A stretch of DNA of 64,000 nucleotides from Thainema sp. (GCA_052168235.1 JBQLZK010000042.1:1-64000), one strand, 5' to 3'; positions 19,607 through 36,410 are shown, counted from the stretch's first letter. The notes: generated by a model not told the origin, from the sequence alone. Made by a program: numbers and translations.

Positions 19607-20140
19607 CTACGAGGTTGATGTCGCAGATTGAGCTTTGGCCAAAGTTGCTAAGCCATCTGGATAAAGCGTGACCTCATATTTCTGATCAGCTTGAGCCGAT
19701 CGAGATCGCTGCACTTCTCCCAGGTAGACCAGTTTTGAAACGTTATCTTCAGGATGCAAAATGGTGCGAGCCCGAATCGTGGGCGATTCTCCTGGTAATC
19801 CTAAGCGTCCTGGCCCAAACAAGTTTGATGCTGCCTGGGCAAGAGTCGCCTCTAGTTCAGATTGGCTGATCTCCGGATTGACCTTGATTACAACCTGAGT
19901 TGCGCCCGAATCATAAACCGTGGTGTATTGAACCGCACCGGGAATCACTGTACGCATGATCGGCACAACACTGAGCGCAAACAATCCTGCGGTTAACACG
20001 CCCATAAAGCCAGTCGCGCCCACTAACCGAAACCGCAGCCCCCACTGCAGGAAAAATGCGATCGCAGTTAGCGCCGCAAATGCCAGGGTAATAATGGCAG
20101 ACCACTTTGTAAAATCTAAAAACTCAGCCGGCGTTGGCAT
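19607..20140 (-). CDS. ycf51: Ycf51 family protein (DUF2518)
   Basis: WGLRFRLVGATGF, PGAVQYTTVYDSG, TLAQAASNL. Confidence 0.85.
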   Translation of the reverse strand: MPTPAEFLDFTKWSAIITLAFAALTAIAFFLQWGLRFRLVGATGFMGVLTAGLFALSVVPIMRTVIPGAVQYTTVYDSGATQVVIKVNPEISQSELEATLAQAASNLFGPGRLGLPGESPTIRARTILHPEDNVSKLVYLGEVQRSRSAQADQKYEVTLYPDGLATLAKAQSATSTS

Positions 20141-20186
20141 AATAAATCCTTCTTTCTCCCTTTCTTCCCCAGTGATCAACTAACCA

Positions 20187-20663
20187 CTAGTCGTTCTCGT
20201 TGCTGACAAACTCAGACGGTTCAGAGACTTCAGCAGCTTCCAAGGCGGCTTTTAAGGTATGCCAGCCCAGATTGGCACACTTGATCCGCACAGGAAACTG
20301 CGCCACGCCCTGCATTACGTTCAGTTTGCGCTGCTCTTTCGGAAATTCAGCCTCACCCCGCATCATTTTTTGGAACCGCTCGACCATTGCCAGGGCTTCT
20401 TCCACGGATTTACCCTGTAATGCTTCGGCCATCAAATCCACGGAAGCCATTGAAATCGCGCAGCCCTCACCCTCAAACTTGACCGATTCTATGTGTTCAT
20501 TGGCTTCATCTAAAGTCAGCGTCAACTCGATCGTGTCGCCACAGGAGGGATTATGGCCTTTTTGGTAGCGGTGTACTGGATCGGCCTTGCCCCGATTGCG
20601 AGGCTTTTTATAGCGTTCCAGAATAACCTGTTGATAAAGATCGCGTAGGTTGCCGAGAGTCAT
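20187..20663 (-). CDS. sufU: SufU/IscU-family Fe-S assembly protein
   Basis: LYQQVILE, NPSCGD, GCAISMAS, FPVRIKCA. Confidence 0.9.
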   Translation of the reverse strand: MTLGNLRDLYQQVILERYKKPRNRGKADPVHRYQKGHNPSCGDTIELTLTLDEANEHIESVKFEGEGCAISMASVDLMAEALQGKSVEEALAMVERFQKMMRGEAEFPKEQRKLNVMQGVAQFPVRIKCANLGWHTLKAALEAAEVSEPSEFVSNEND

Positions 20664-21264
20664 GAGGAAACTAGCTGATACACATCAACTCAGTAGTAGG
20701 TCAATAACAAAACCGGAATACTTGAGCTATCTCTGATCCTATAGCAAACCGTAGTGTAGAAATACGCTGGTTCCTAGAATATGGCGGTAGATAGTCTATG
20801 TGAGTAGCCTGGTCTATGCAAGTCGCCTAGGTCGCACAAACTTGCACCAACTATAGTTCAAGATTTGATACCAACATTTTGCGACTTCAGGATAACTCTT
20901 TAGGATGTAGATAGAAGGCAGATGTAGGGCTAGGCTAAGTTAAATGCTGGCTTTGCAGATCGTTTGCTTAGACCCATGATTTATGTCTTTCTACCTATGT
21001 CGTTTTACGCACTACGCCTAAGCACCATTGATGTTAGTCTATTAGTGCTTTTGTAGAATTGTTGGTAGTCAATCAAGAAATCTCAAACAATCTAGATAGT
21101 ATTTCACTAGATCTAGCGTTTGGGTCGAAGTCAACTTAACTTGAAGGCATGCCAACTCTAGCATAAGCGGATATGACCATAAGCGGGTACAACATAGATT
21201 TCAGTAGATTTCAGCAGCAATTTGCTTCGTCGCTTTATTCACTGCTATTGCCTTTGCTAAATCA

Positions 21265-22404
21265 ATGAAGCCAGATCTGTCAATCATCAAGCTGTCTTCA
21301 GAGGAGGCTGACCTTTACTTTCAGGCTAGCCTTCAGGCGTTTGAGCAGCAAGATTTTGCAGAGTCACTTGCCTACTTGGAACGAGTCATGCAGTCTGACT
21401 TCGACTTTTGGCAGATTTGGTATCAGCGTGGCCTGACTCTACAAGCATTGGGACGGTATCAAGATGCGATCGCAAATTATCAGGCAGCCTTACAGCTTGC
21501 CCCGCCGACTGATGATGCCGCTAGTATTTGGTACGACCGAGCCGACGCGCTACATTACGGCCTAGGAGAATACGACACAGCGATCGCAGCCTACGATCAG
21601 GTCATTCAAATCGATCGCTCCTGTGCAGATGCCTGGTTCCATCGCGGCAGTGCTCAACTGTATGGGTTGAGGCAGGCTTATGCTGCGATCGCAAGTTATA
21701 ACCAGGTGCTGAGTATCGATCCCAGCTACGACTTGCTCTGGTATAACCGGGGTAATGCGCTGGCAGAACTCGGCTTCTATCACGCCGCCCTGACCAACTA
21801 CGACCGCGCCCTTGCTCTAACTCCAGATAATGCTGTGATCCAGCAGGCTCGCATGCAGATCATTAGCCAGCTTAGCGATGATCCCAGCATCAATCAGGAC
21901 ATCTATGAAAAACTCGACTGGGAAAAGCTTTCGGCTGTGCCGACCGCTCCTCAAGAAAGCCTTGACGATCCGGCCAATTTTGTGGCGACGCTGATTCAAT
22001 ACGACACGCTGATCCAAAAAGAGGCGCTCTCAAATCAAACTCATCCAGACGAGCAGCGATCTGCGATTTCTACTCGAACCAAGACCCAGTTTATGATCTT
22101 GGTTCAAGATAGCGAGGGCTTACGCCGGATTGTTCTAGATGAACCGTTTTACTCAATCGGTCGAGACGCTAGTTGCGATATTCGCCTCTATTCAAAATAT
22201 GCCTCTCGTCAGCATGCGGTACTTGTGTTGAATGCTTCTCAGCCCCACGGTTACAGAATCCAGGACGGAGATGGGAAAGGGAAACAGAGCACGAACGGCT
22301 TGATTGTTAACGGTCAAGAATGTCGCGATCGCATTTTAGAAAATGGCGACACTGTTGTGTTTGGCCCCAAGGTTTGGCTGCGCTATGTCGTTTTAGAGTC
22401 TTAG
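21265..22404 (+). CDS. TPR-repeat protein with a C-terminal FHA domain
   Basis: Repeated WY.RG...A...Y..A TPR units; IGR, SRQHA, STNG and GD FHA motifs. Confidence 0.85.
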   Translation: MKPDLSIIKLSSEEADLYFQASLQAFEQQDFAESLAYLERVMQSDFDFWQIWYQRGLTLQALGRYQDAIANYQAALQLAPPTDDAASIWYDRADALHYGLGEYDTAIAAYDQVIQIDRSCADAWFHRGSAQLYGLRQAYAAIASYNQVLSIDPSYDLLWYNRGNALAELGFYHAALTNYDRALALTPDNAVIQQARMQIISQLSDDPSINQDIYEKLDWEKLSAVPTAPQESLDDPANFVATLIQYDTLIQKEALSNQTHPDEQRSAISTRTKTQFMILVQDSEGLRRIVLDEPFYSIGRDASCDIRLYSKYASRQHAVLVLNASQPHGYRIQDGDGKGKQSTNGLIVNGQECRDRILENGDTVVFGPKVWLRYVVLES

Positions 22405-22513
22405 GCACGCCTGAAGTATCCTTGGCAAGCCTCAAGCAACCGTGTGATACAGACTTTCGTTCAGTAATGCTCTCTCTCTATCCATCCCATCGTTCTACAG
22501 TTAACCTGCCAAG

Positions 22514-23017
22514 ATGCCCAACACTATTATCGGCGTGATGGGTCCCGGTGAAAGCGCCTCACCCACCTTACAGGCAACGGCCTATGAGTTGGGTCAACAA
22601 ATTGCTCAACGAGGATGGGTATTGTTGACCGATGGTCGCAATGCGGGCGTAATGGATGCTGCCTGTCGGGGAGCCAAATCAGCCAGTGGGTTAACTATCG
22701 GGATTTTGCCAGCAGACTCGACTGCTGCCATGTCCGCCGCAGTGGACATCCCCATTCTGACAGGATTAGGACATGCCCGAAATGTTGTCAATGTTCTCTC
22801 CAGTCAAGTGATTGTAGCCTGTGGATTAGGTGCAGGCACCACTTCAGAAATTGCGATCGCACTAAAAGTCCATCGGCCAGTCATTCTATTGCAGGTTCCT
22901 CCCGATGCCTGTTCCTTTTTTCAAACTCTGAATGGGTCACAAATTCATATCGCAGCCGATTGTTCCCAAGCCATCAGGCTCATCCACCATATCCTTTCGC
23001 CCCCGCTGCAAAGCTGA
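22514..23017 (+). CDS. LOG/TIGR00725-family Rossmann-fold protein
   Basis: IIGVMGP, GVMDAA, TIGILP, TGLGHARN, GTTSEI. Confidence 0.85.
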   Translation: MPNTIIGVMGPGESASPTLQATAYELGQQIAQRGWVLLTDGRNAGVMDAACRGAKSASGLTIGILPADSTAAMSAAVDIPILTGLGHARNVVNVLSSQVIVACGLGAGTTSEIAIALKVHRPVILLQVPPDACSFFQTLNGSQIHIAADCSQAIRLIHHILSPPLQS

Positions 23018-23543
23018 AAATCCGAAGTTCAGATTTTTTGCGTAAATTGTCACGTGTCAGTGCTGCACGATAATTCACGCTCTTAATCAAGCATCCAATT
23101 AGAAAGTTTTCTGGTCATCTTGTCACTGTAATCGGGTAATTAGATGGCTCGATGGGTTTTAAGTGGAAAATATCAGCTTCAGCCATCCGTAAACTGATCA
23201 GTTGGTGCTGTATTTAAACTTGCTACTCCATTAATGGCACCATATATGGACAATCCAGCACCTAACTTAATAATCGCAACACCTCAAATCAGCCGACCCT
23301 GGTATCCAGTTTAATCAGGAGTAAAAAAAGTAACAGAGGGTGGAACTAGGGTTAATAAACTGGCTCAAATTAAGATTATTAATTCAGGTTTCTATGTCAT
23401 AAGATATTTGGATTTTCTCCCTTCTGATAGCGTTCTCATCCCCTGAACTTGAGTAGCATAGAGATATAAAGCATTAAAAATAGTGTTGAGATATAAGGTT
23501 AAACCTTAGTTAAATTATTTTTCGTGAACGTAGGAGGAGGCAA

Positions 23544-24143
23544 ATGATGAGATCGAGTTTTGATCAACAATGCTTCTATCAACCAGATCACCATAGTGAC
23601 AGAAATACCGCAACAAATGGCGTATACAACAGGCTCCTCCGGTTCGGTATTTGCTTAGGTGTCAGTTTAGTGACGTTAACCGCAGCCTATCCATCTTTCG
23701 CTGATTCAGTTAAGAACTCAGAGAAAGATAGCAGTTCAGAAGTGGTTGCCGTCGCTCCTGACGAAATTGACAGTTCTTTAACCAGAACCTACATTCCCAC
23801 CACGATTTACTTGCCCGACCCAGAAACGTATCGACTTGTACCTCAGACTGTTCCGATAGATGGCGATGCACCTGTTGCTGGCATTGTGGGCCAGATCATT
23901 AGTTCTTATAGCGGTCAAGACGTTGGCATTGAAGGGTATGACGTTGCAGTTGATCAGCCAAATCAGATCGCCCGCGTCAACTTTAATGTGAGTAGTGAAC
24001 GGAACGGTAGAGTGTTCTACAGCCTTAGCAGCGCTAACCAAGTGGCACTCTTTGAGTCTATCCGCGAGACACTATTGACCAATCCAGATTATCAAATCAA
24101 CGAAATTATTTTTAGTGCGAACGGAGAGTCCTTCGAGATTTAA
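23544..24143 (+). CDS. GerMN-like secreted protein
   Basis: Signal-like segment, then IYLPD...LVP and SLSSANQ...SIRETL...I.F..NGE. Confidence 0.65.
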   Translation: MMRSSFDQQCFYQPDHHSDRNTATNGVYNRLLRFGICLGVSLVTLTAAYPSFADSVKNSEKDSSSEVVAVAPDEIDSSLTRTYIPTTIYLPDPETYRLVPQTVPIDGDAPVAGIVGQIISSYSGQDVGIEGYDVAVDQPNQIARVNFNVSSERNGRVFYSLSSANQVALFESIRETLLTNPDYQINEIIFSANGESFEI

Positions 24144-24227
24144 AGGGTAAAGCGGCTAGTTCGTTCTAGTTCGTGTGATGTGCGATCTCACTAAAACAAC
24201 CAAATGTTAAAAGCCTATACCTGGTGT

Positions 24228-24312
24228 CTTACTAATCAAAACCTAGGAAGGTTATTCTATCGCTACAATGCGGCAGTAGAATAACCTTCCTAGGTTTCGG
24301 TGCAAGATGTAA
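24228..24312. repeat. Family B palindromic repeat
   Basis: AAACCTAGGAAGGTTATTCTA / TAGAATAACCTTCCTAGGTTT stem followed by GGTGCAAGATGTAA, as at 13444-13457. Confidence 0.6.
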
Positions 24313-24433
24313 TGGCTCTGACAATTTGATGCATGTGATCCAGTTAGCTTGGATCTCTAGTCGATATTTAGCATAATGGCCTAAAGACGTACTAGCGGCT
24401 CAAAAACCGACTAGTTCTGTGAGGACATACTCC

Positions 24434-24700
24434 ATGTCAGAATCAGACGATCCAAAGCAAAACTTTCTGTATCCAATTCGACGCTATCGAGGGGAGTTTA
24501 CTCCCCAAAACATTGCGTTTGACGCTAACTTGCAAGAATTTGCTCAGCGCGTTGAATTCATTTGTGCGCTCGAAAATGCTGGAAAGCTCGATCCAAACGT
24601 TGCTTATGATGAAATTAAAGGCATGTGGAAATCATTAAAACGCTCGAAGAAAAATTTGCTTGATGATTCTGCCCCACCACAGGACGCTGATAACAGTTAA
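24434..24700 (+). CDS. Conserved cyanobacterial hypothetical protein
   Basis: FLYP..RYRGEFTPQN..FDANLQEFAQRV..IC.LE..GK....AY.EIK..WK.LK.SK motif. Confidence 0.8.
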   Translation: MSESDDPKQNFLYPIRRYRGEFTPQNIAFDANLQEFAQRVEFICALENAGKLDPNVAYDEIKGMWKSLKRSKKNLLDDSAPPQDADNS

Positions 24701-24714
24701 CGGAGTCAAAACAA

Positions 24715-24756
24715 AACCAAAAAGAGTCGTAAGCTAGCTTACGACTCTTTTTGGTT
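24715..24756. terminator. Bidirectional intrinsic terminator
   Basis: AACCAAAAAGAGTCGTAAGCTAGCTTACGACTCTTTTTGGTT palindrome between convergent genes. Confidence 0.8.
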
Positions 24757-24811
24757 CTTGCTTATTGCTCGTAATCTGACTACTGAGCAAGACACGAATG
24801 TGTTTCTTGGC

Positions 24812-25762
24812 TTAACCGCTTAGCGCTTCAGCTCCTGCAACGATTTCGAGGATCTCCTGCGTGATGCTAGCCTGACGTGCCTTGTTGTAAACAACCGAGA
24901 GATTCTGAATCAGTTCAGTTGCGTTGTCGCTGGCATTATTCATTGCGGTCATCCGTGCAGCCAGTTCGCTCGCGGCTGCTTCCTGTAATGCCCGTAAAAG
25001 CTGGTTATTCAAGTAAAGCGGCAGCAAAGCATCTAGAATTTGAACCGGATCTTGTTCAAAAATCATATCCTTCGGCAAGCTTTGTGCCGTGTTCTGAACG
25101 GTTTCCCGCTCTACGTCGAACTGCCCACCCCGAGTGGTCAAACGGAAAATTTCGTCATCGTGAGCTTCTAATCCCTGAGGATCTAAAGGCAGCAGAGTCT
25201 GTACTACAGGACGAGAGCTAACCAGAGAAACAAAGCGAGTGTAAATCAGCTCTGCGCGATCGATTTTCTCAGAGAGAAACAGCGATAGCAGCTCATCTGC
25301 AATTTTAGACGCTTCATCAGCGGTCGGAATTTGCTCAAGCTCAGTGAACACAGCATCAATGGGATGCTCACGCCGCTGGAAATACTGATTCGCCTTACGA
25401 CCAATAATGATTAAACGATAGTCCAGCCCTTCCGCCTGAACTTCTTTGATCCGATTTTCTGCTCGCTTAATGATGTTACTGTTGTAGGCTCCACAAAGAC
25501 CTCTATCACCAGCAACAACGACTAACCCAACAGTCTGAACGTCCCGCTTTTTGAGCAGAGGCAAATCTGCATCCTCGAACCGGAGACGCGCCTGCAATCC
25601 AAAGAGAACTTGGGCTAGACGATCAGCAAAGGGACGAGTAGCTGTAACCTGCTCTTGGGCACGGCGAACTCGGGCTGCGGCCACAAGGCGCATGGCTTCG
25701 GTAATCTTGCGGGTATTTTTAACGGATTGGATGCGATCGCGAATTGATTTAAGATTTGCCAT
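24812..25762 (-). CDS. atpG: F1 ATP synthase gamma subunit (cyanobacterial atpC)
   Basis: [43 protein letters not shown]. Confidence 0.97.
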   Translation of the reverse strand: MANLKSIRDRIQSVKNTRKITEAMRLVAAARVRRAQEQVTATRPFADRLAQVLFGLQARLRFEDADLPLLKKRDVQTVGLVVVAGDRGLCGAYNSNIIKRAENRIKEVQAEGLDYRLIIIGRKANQYFQRREHPIDAVFTELEQIPTADEASKIADELLSLFLSEKIDRAELIYTRFVSLVSSRPVVQTLLPLDPQGLEAHDDEIFRLTTRGGQFDVERETVQNTAQSLPKDMIFEQDPVQILDALLPLYLNNQLLRALQEAAASELAARMTAMNNASDNATELIQNLSVVYNKARQASITQEILEIVAGAEALSG

Positions 25763-25840
25763 AATTCTGTACGTCCACAACATCGAGCCACCGAGAACTG
25801 TATGGGAACAGACTTCTCGGTGGCATCTCAACCTGCTTTC

Positions 25841-27379
<1,539 letters not shown>

Positions 27380-27430
27380 CTAATGAACAACGATAGAAAT
27401 GGAAACTGGGTAAAAGCAAGAACGCCTAGA

Positions 27431-27991
27431 CTAGGCAGAAGACTTCATCAGCTGATTACTAATTTTCCGCAGTTGTCCTCTCAAACTTGCGTCAATTACG
27501 CGCGAGCCAACTTTGATGATGACTCCTCCCAACAAGTTAGGATCAACGTCTACTTCCAGATCAACTGACTGAGCACCCGTAAATGATTGAACCTTCTGCC
27601 GGATTTGCTCCTCTTGATCCGCAGTCAGTTGCACAGCCGCCTTTACTTCAGCTAAAGCAATTCCCTTCAGCTTACGTACAAGAGCCTGATACTGGCGACA
27701 AATTCCGCTCAAGAACAGCAAACGACCCCGATCAACTAGAAGCAGCAAGAAATTCAACGTATAGGCATGAAGCTGCTCACTGAAGACCTGTCTAATCACA
27801 GATTTTTTAACATCTGGTTTGATCATGGGACTCTCAACGAGTCTGCGTAGATCCTCCGATTCGCTGAGCAACTGTAGAATTGCGCTCACATCGTCGCTGA
27901 ATCGATCAACAAGATCGTGCTCTTTAGCCAACGACATATAAGCCTGTGCATAAGGCTCAATTACCTCAGACGTAATAATGCTGTCCTGCAT
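27431..27991 (-). CDS. atpH: ATP synthase delta subunit (cyanobacterial atpD)
   Basis: EPYAQA, NFLLLLVDRGR, DPNLLGG..IKVGS..IDASLRGQL; operon position. Confidence 0.95.
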   Translation of the reverse strand: MQDSIITSEVIEPYAQAYMSLAKEHDLVDRFSDDVSAILQLLSESEDLRRLVESPMIKPDVKKSVIRQVFSEQLHAYTLNFLLLLVDRGRLLFLSGICRQYQALVRKLKGIALAEVKAAVQLTADQEEQIRQKVQSFTGAQSVDLEVDVDPNLLGGVIIKVGSRVIDASLRGQLRKISNQLMKSSA

Positions 27992-28543
27992 CTACATTCC
28001 TCCCAGTCGATCAATACTATGGCTGATGAGTTGCTGCTGCACATTATCATCTAAGTGATCAGACAACTGGGACTCTGCTTTTTCAAGTGCCAACGTGGCA
28101 ATCCGCCGACGCAATTCAGCCACGATCCGCTCTTGCTGAGAAGTCAAATCCTGTGCTGCAGAAGTCTTTAAGCGCTCTAAATCTTTTTCGGATTGAGCTA
28201 AAACCTCTGCCTTTGCGTTTTCCGCATTCTTTTGAGCAGTTTCCAAAATACGCTTTGCCTCAGCTTGCGCCTGCGCTAGCTTTTGCTGCTGCTCAGCCAG
28301 AGCAGACATTGCCTCTTGCTTGCGTTGTTCTGCCTCCCGGATGGCTGTTTCTAAACGAGATCGGCGCTCTCCCAGGATGTTACCCAGTAGTTTGCGTCCA
28401 AAGTAAAACAGAACACCGATAACAATCGCAAGATTGATTAGGTTAGTTTCTAAAATATCGAAATTCAATCCAAAACCGCTTTCCTCAACAGCCTCAGCCA
28501 AAAAGCCATCAATGAGTAAAGCTGTCTGTAAACAGATTCCCAT
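27992..28543 (-). CDS. atpF: ATP synthase subunit b
   Basis: FGLNFDILETNLINLAI followed by coiled coil. Confidence 0.95.
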   Translation of the reverse strand: MGICLQTALLIDGFLAEAVEESGFGLNFDILETNLINLAIVIGVLFYFGRKLLGNILGERRSRLETAIREAEQRKQEAMSALAEQQQKLAQAQAEAKRILETAQKNAENAKAEVLAQSEKDLERLKTSAAQDLTSQQERIVAELRRRIATLALEKAESQLSDHLDDNVQQQLISHSIDRLGGM

Positions 28544-28729
28544 GATTCTCGTCCATTGTTGCGTTGCCTTACGGCACATTCGCTTAGCGCTAATTTGCCT
28601 AACTTGCGTTAACTGACAATCTGCCTACCAAGCGTTGTGCAATTTGCCTCCAGTCAATCTGCATCGAAATCAAGCGCTTAACTCTAAATCAGCAGCATAA
28701 AAACGTCACCAATCCGGCCAAGGGATTAT

Positions 28730-29209
28730 CTATGCAGATACATTTAGCAACTTGTTTAATATCTGACGGCTTAAATCATCTACTTGCTGCTCAAGAGAAG
28801 AAAAAGCCTGCTGTTTTTGCTGATCAAGTTCAGCTTGCACTTGCTCTCGCTGAGCCTGTGCTTCTTGCTGAGCTTCGGCAATTTTCTGAGATGCAATTTT
28901 CTGAGCCTCTGCTCGTGCAGTAGAGACGACTTCTTGAGCTTTTCTGCGAGTATCTGCTAGCTCTTGTCGATACTGCTGTTCAAGCTGCTTAGCTTTCGCC
29001 AGGCGTTCGCGAGCTTCGGTTTGATTACTGCGAATATAACCGTCACGCTCGTCGATTGCCTTGCCTAAAGGCTTGTAGAAAGTTGCATTGAGAATAGCCG
29101 CTAACACTAAAAATTGAACTGCCATCAGCGGAAGGGTTGCGTCGAAGTCGAATAAACCGCCTTCTTGAGCTGCCTCCGCTACTAACAGTGTGGTCCAATG
29201 AAACATCAT
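28730..29209 (-). CDS. atpF2: ATP synthase subunit b' (cyanobacterial atpG)
   Basis: [18 protein letters not shown]...FYKPL. Confidence 0.95.
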   Translation of the reverse strand: MMFHWTTLLVAEAAQEGGLFDFDATLPLMAVQFLVLAAILNATFYKPLGKAIDERDGYIRSNQTEARERLAKAKQLEQQYRQELADTRRKAQEVVSTARAEAQKIASQKIAEAQQEAQAQREQVQAELDQQKQQAFSSLEQQVDDLSRQILNKLLNVSA

Positions 29210-29366
29210 GTCTAAGGACTTTCCACAACTTAATGAGTTCAGCTTCTTTGGTAGTGAAATTGCGGACAGTGTGAAAGATTAAGCCCAAATTTCACTTTCA
29301 GCCCTCATGGAGATGATGAGCTATAATCTGTCAACATCTCCATGAAAAGGCTGATTCTTCTAACCC

Positions 29367-29624
<258 letters not shown>

Positions 29625-29784
29625 TTAACTGGTACTTACAAAACAAAACGATGTACACGCATGCACACTTAAATTGGCAGGGTCGATATCAACCCTGAAA
29701 CTTGGAAGACACAGGTAGGCTCAAAGCTAAAGACAAGCTTTGAAGGCAGACGTATCTGGCCAAGCTCGACTCATGAGGATATGA

Positions 29785-30549
29785 CTATGCATGTTCCTCA
29801 TGTTCTCCACCATGCCCCTCAATTGCCTCACCGATGTAGGCAGCCGCTAGCGTTGCGAAGATGAGCGCTTGAATCGCACTTGTGAATAACCCTAAGATCA
29901 TCACAGGTAAAGGTACAAATAGAGGTACCAAAAGCACTAAAACTGCAACCACCAGCTCATCTGCCAAGATGTTTCCAAATAAACGGAAACTTAATGAGAG
30001 GGGCTTGGTAAAGTCTTCCAAAATATTGATAGGAAGCAAAATCGGAGTAGGTTCGATGTATTTAGCAAAGTATTTCAAGCCACGCTTGCTAAATCCAGCG
30101 TAAAAATAAGCCAACGACGTTAATAGGGCCAGGGCTACGGTTGTATTGATGTCGTTTGTTGGTGCAGCCAATTCTCCCGCTGGTAGTGAAAACAGCTTCC
30201 AGGGTACTAAAGCTCCAGACCAATTCGAGACAAAAATAAACAGAAAGAGCGTACCAACAAAGGGAACCCAAGGTCGATACTCTTTCTCGCCGATCTGGTT
30301 CTTCGCAAGATCGCGAATGAATTCCAAGCCGTATTCCATAAAGTTCTGTAGGCCAGATGGAATGCGCTGGACATTACGTGTTGCTAAAACCGTGGCTACT
30401 ACTAAAACCGCGATGACGAACCAAGATGTTAAGAACACTTGGCCGTGAACCTTTAAATTTCCGATGTGCCAATAATAATGTTGGCCTACTTCTAACTCCG
30501 CCAAGGGAAATGAACCCAAGGCTTCGCTTAGTCCGCTTAGTATCGCCAT
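29785..30549 (-). CDS. atpB: ATP synthase subunit a (cyanobacterial atpI)
   Basis: [29 protein letters not shown]. Confidence 0.98.
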   Translation of the reverse strand: MAILSGLSEALGSFPLAELEVGQHYYWHIGNLKVHGQVFLTSWFVIAVLVVATVLATRNVQRIPSGLQNFMEYGLEFIRDLAKNQIGEKEYRPWVPFVGTLFLFIFVSNWSGALVPWKLFSLPAGELAAPTNDINTTVALALLTSLAYFYAGFSKRGLKYFAKYIEPTPILLPINILEDFTKPLSLSFRLFGNILADELVVAVLVLLVPLFVPLPVMILGLFTSAIQALIFATLAAAYIGEAIEGHGGEHEEHA

Positions 30550-30601
30550 CTAAACAATCCCCAGGGATCAACAGATGCAAACAAATTTTGTCGAAAGCAA
30601 T

Positions 30602-31066
30602 CTAGGATTTAGTTGAATTAGGCAAGAAAACAACCCGAAGGGTGTAGACAATTAGAGCTGCCTTGTAGGTGAGAAACCCTAAAAAGACAGGGATAACCTC
30701 CAATTGCTGCCATTGGGTAGCAATCAAGATTAAGCCGATAAATACGGCTAGTCTTCCGCTTCCTAAATTCTTTCGCTGTCTGCCAAGCTGAGCTACATTC
30801 CTTGACAACATCTTTAAGTAAATCACACCAGCGCACGCCCCGATGACATAACTGAGTGATGTGTCCAGCGAATAGGCAATCCAGATGAATGGAAAAACAA
30901 TCACTGCGATCGCAACAGTAAACCGAAGTAAAAGCTGCTGCAATTCGTAATACTCAGACATGGACGGATCAGGGTCTTCAGGCAATAAGCCTGGAGTTTC
31001 CTGTTCCTGTAGTTCATCAGATTCTGCGATGGGCAATTCGTTATTTGAGTTCACAAGGCTGAGCAC
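30602..31066 (-). CDS. atpI: ATP synthase protein I (Atp1)
   Basis: First gene of the operon; MSEYYELQ...YL.ML...GFLTYKAAL. Confidence 0.9.
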   Translation of the reverse strand: MLSLVNSNNELPIAESDELQEQETPGLLPEDPDPSMSEYYELQQLLLRFTVAIAVIVFPFIWIAYSLDTSLSYVIGACAGVIYLKMLSRNVAQLGRQRKNLGSGRLAVFIGLILIATQWQQLEVIPVFLGFLTYKAALIVYTLRVVFLPNSTKS

Positions 31067-31252
31067 CAGTTAAACAAATGGCTGAGTCCCATATTTGGCA
31101 GACCAGGAGAGATCATATCACGCAGCGGGTAACAATACTTAACGGGTTGCCAAGATATTGGAATTCATGATTTCTGTGTTTTATTCATTAAATAAATGAA
31201 ATAAAACTGAATAATTTCAGGGTGAAGCTTTAGCCGAAGACTAGCTCGAAGG

Positions 31253-32443
31253 TTAGGTCAACGTGATTAAGCGGCGATCATGTAAAGAACGGACGTCATC
31301 TAAACCGATGGGGGTCTGTGCCACAATATCTGTGAGTTTCTGTGTTTTGTTTTGATTGGCCTCACACTGTTTCAAGAAATCAAATTCGCGATCGCTAAGC
31401 CGAATAATCTCATAATCCGCATTGAAGAGACACTGGCTCGGCCATCCATCGATACAGGGATGGAGTTGGGGGACTGTCTGTCGCAGGACTTCGTCCGATG
31501 ACCAATCCTGACGAGAAAACGGTGGGCGCGCTAAGAAAAACTCGTAGTGGGTGACTTCCGGATCGAGCAGTTCAATCAGCCGATACCGTTCCCGTTCACT
31601 GAGCTGTTGAGCCCGCTGCATTAGCTCTGGGTTGTTGCCGACCAGTCGCTCCAGATTCCAATAGTTGGGATTTGAGAATCCGACAAATTCCAGTCCAGAT
31701 GCATCAATCAGCTCAAACAGGGTGTCTACGTTGTAAACGATTTCCTGGGGATGGACATACATGTCAGCGAAACATTCGTCGCGCTGATTTTCCATTGACC
31801 AGCGATCTTTTTCCCGCTGCACGAGGCGATTGTTTTCCGGTAGGCTGCTAAACAACTGTCTACCTAGCTGAACACCATCGCGATAATCTCCTTGACGATC
31901 ACCTTGGAGAAGTGCGATCGCACGTTGCATGAGGGTAATTTCCCAACGCCCCAGTTCGGCGTAGACAAAAATATGCATGATGCCGCCCGGAGCCAGCTTC
32001 GGTGCCAGGGACTGAATGCCTTTAATCGGATCCGGCAAATGGTGCAGCACACCAACGCAGTTAATCAAATCAAACTCGCCCGGAATTTGGTCAATGTCAT
32101 ACAGGCTGAGTTGATGAAACTCGACGCGCTCGGCTTTGGAACGCTGGCATCGTTCTTGAGCAACTGCGATCGCGCCTGCGCTCAAATCAATACCCACTAC
32201 CTGTGCGTTGGAATTGAGATGTACTAAGTATTCAGTACTAACACCCGTGCCACAGCCCGCATCCAAAATTCGCACATCCTCAGTTTCAGGCGTTCGTCCT
32301 GTGCAAAAGCTGTAGGCTGCAGTCCAGTTCCACCGCCAGTTATACCCCGGAGGCGGTTCGTCTAATAAGGGTTCAGGCGGAAACGGATAGGTATCGTAAA
32401 GTTTGGCAACCGCATCACTAATTTGACTATGGATTTCACGCAT
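31253..32443 (-). CDS. Class I SAM-dependent methyltransferase
   Basis: YDTYPFPP, ILDAGCGTG, GVLHHL, FADMYVHPQE. Confidence 0.9.
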   Translation of the reverse strand: MREIHSQISDAVAKLYDTYPFPPEPLLDEPPPGYNWRWNWTAAYSFCTGRTPETEDVRILDAGCGTGVSTEYLVHLNSNAQVVGIDLSAGAIAVAQERCQRSKAERVEFHQLSLYDIDQIPGEFDLINCVGVLHHLPDPIKGIQSLAPKLAPGGIMHIFVYAELGRWEITLMQRAIALLQGDRQGDYRDGVQLGRQLFSSLPENNRLVQREKDRWSMENQRDECFADMYVHPQEIVYNVDTLFELIDASGLEFVGFSNPNYWNLERLVGNNPELMQRAQQLSERERYRLIELLDPEVTHYEFFLARPPFSRQDWSSDEVLRQTVPQLHPCIDGWPSQCLFNADYEIIRLSDREFDFLKQCEANQNKTQKLTDIVAQTPIGLDDVRSLHDRRLITLT

Positions 32444-32935
32444 GCCGTTCACAAAATGCATTCGATTCTAATATTTACAACAAAAGTTAAGCGCTGCCTT
32501 GAGCATTGGTCATGATTGGAGAAGCACTGGCGCGGAAGTTCATAAATTCTGAGCCAACGCCGGATCGCTCCAGGTTGCCCTTAATCAATGCTTAATCAAT
32601 GTCTATATCGCCATGTCAGTCCTGAACGACGACGATCAAGGTAACAAAACTTATCACTTCTCTCAGGAAATCTACTTTCATCCCCTATGATGACCTAGAG
32701 GAATTAAGAAATAGGGAACTACACAGTTTTTAATAAATCAGTGTTACGACCCTGAAACGTTTTAATCTAAAAACACTAAAGCTAGCGACCTCTGGACTGT
32801 TATTTATCCCTGCTTACTGTTTGCTCTATATCTACGTGCTCTGTATCTACAAGCCCTGATATATGAGAAAACAGCGGTGGGCTGGAGCGTTCCAGGTCTA
32901 ATGCAGTTACTGAAACTTCTGAAGGGAGCTTTTGA

Positions 32936-36343
<3,408 letters not shown>

Positions 36344-36374
36344 TCGACGATAGATTCCCCACTTGCTAATTAAC

Positions 36375-36410
36375 AAAGAGGCCAAAGCTAACTTAGTTTT
36401 GGCCTCTTTT
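36375..36410 (+). terminator. Intrinsic terminator after apcE
   Basis: AAAGAGGCCAAAGCTAA-c-TTAGTTTTGGCCTCTTTT. Confidence 0.75.

Noticed and set aside
20664..21264. 600-bp intergenic region with short direct repeats (CATAAGCGG x2, TAGATTTCAG x2)
   Set aside because: No convincing ORF or RNA structure; compatible with a divergent promoter region.
22626..22640. TDGR in place of the usual TGG motif in the LOG-family protein
   Set aside because: A single substitution whose significance cannot be judged without an alignment.
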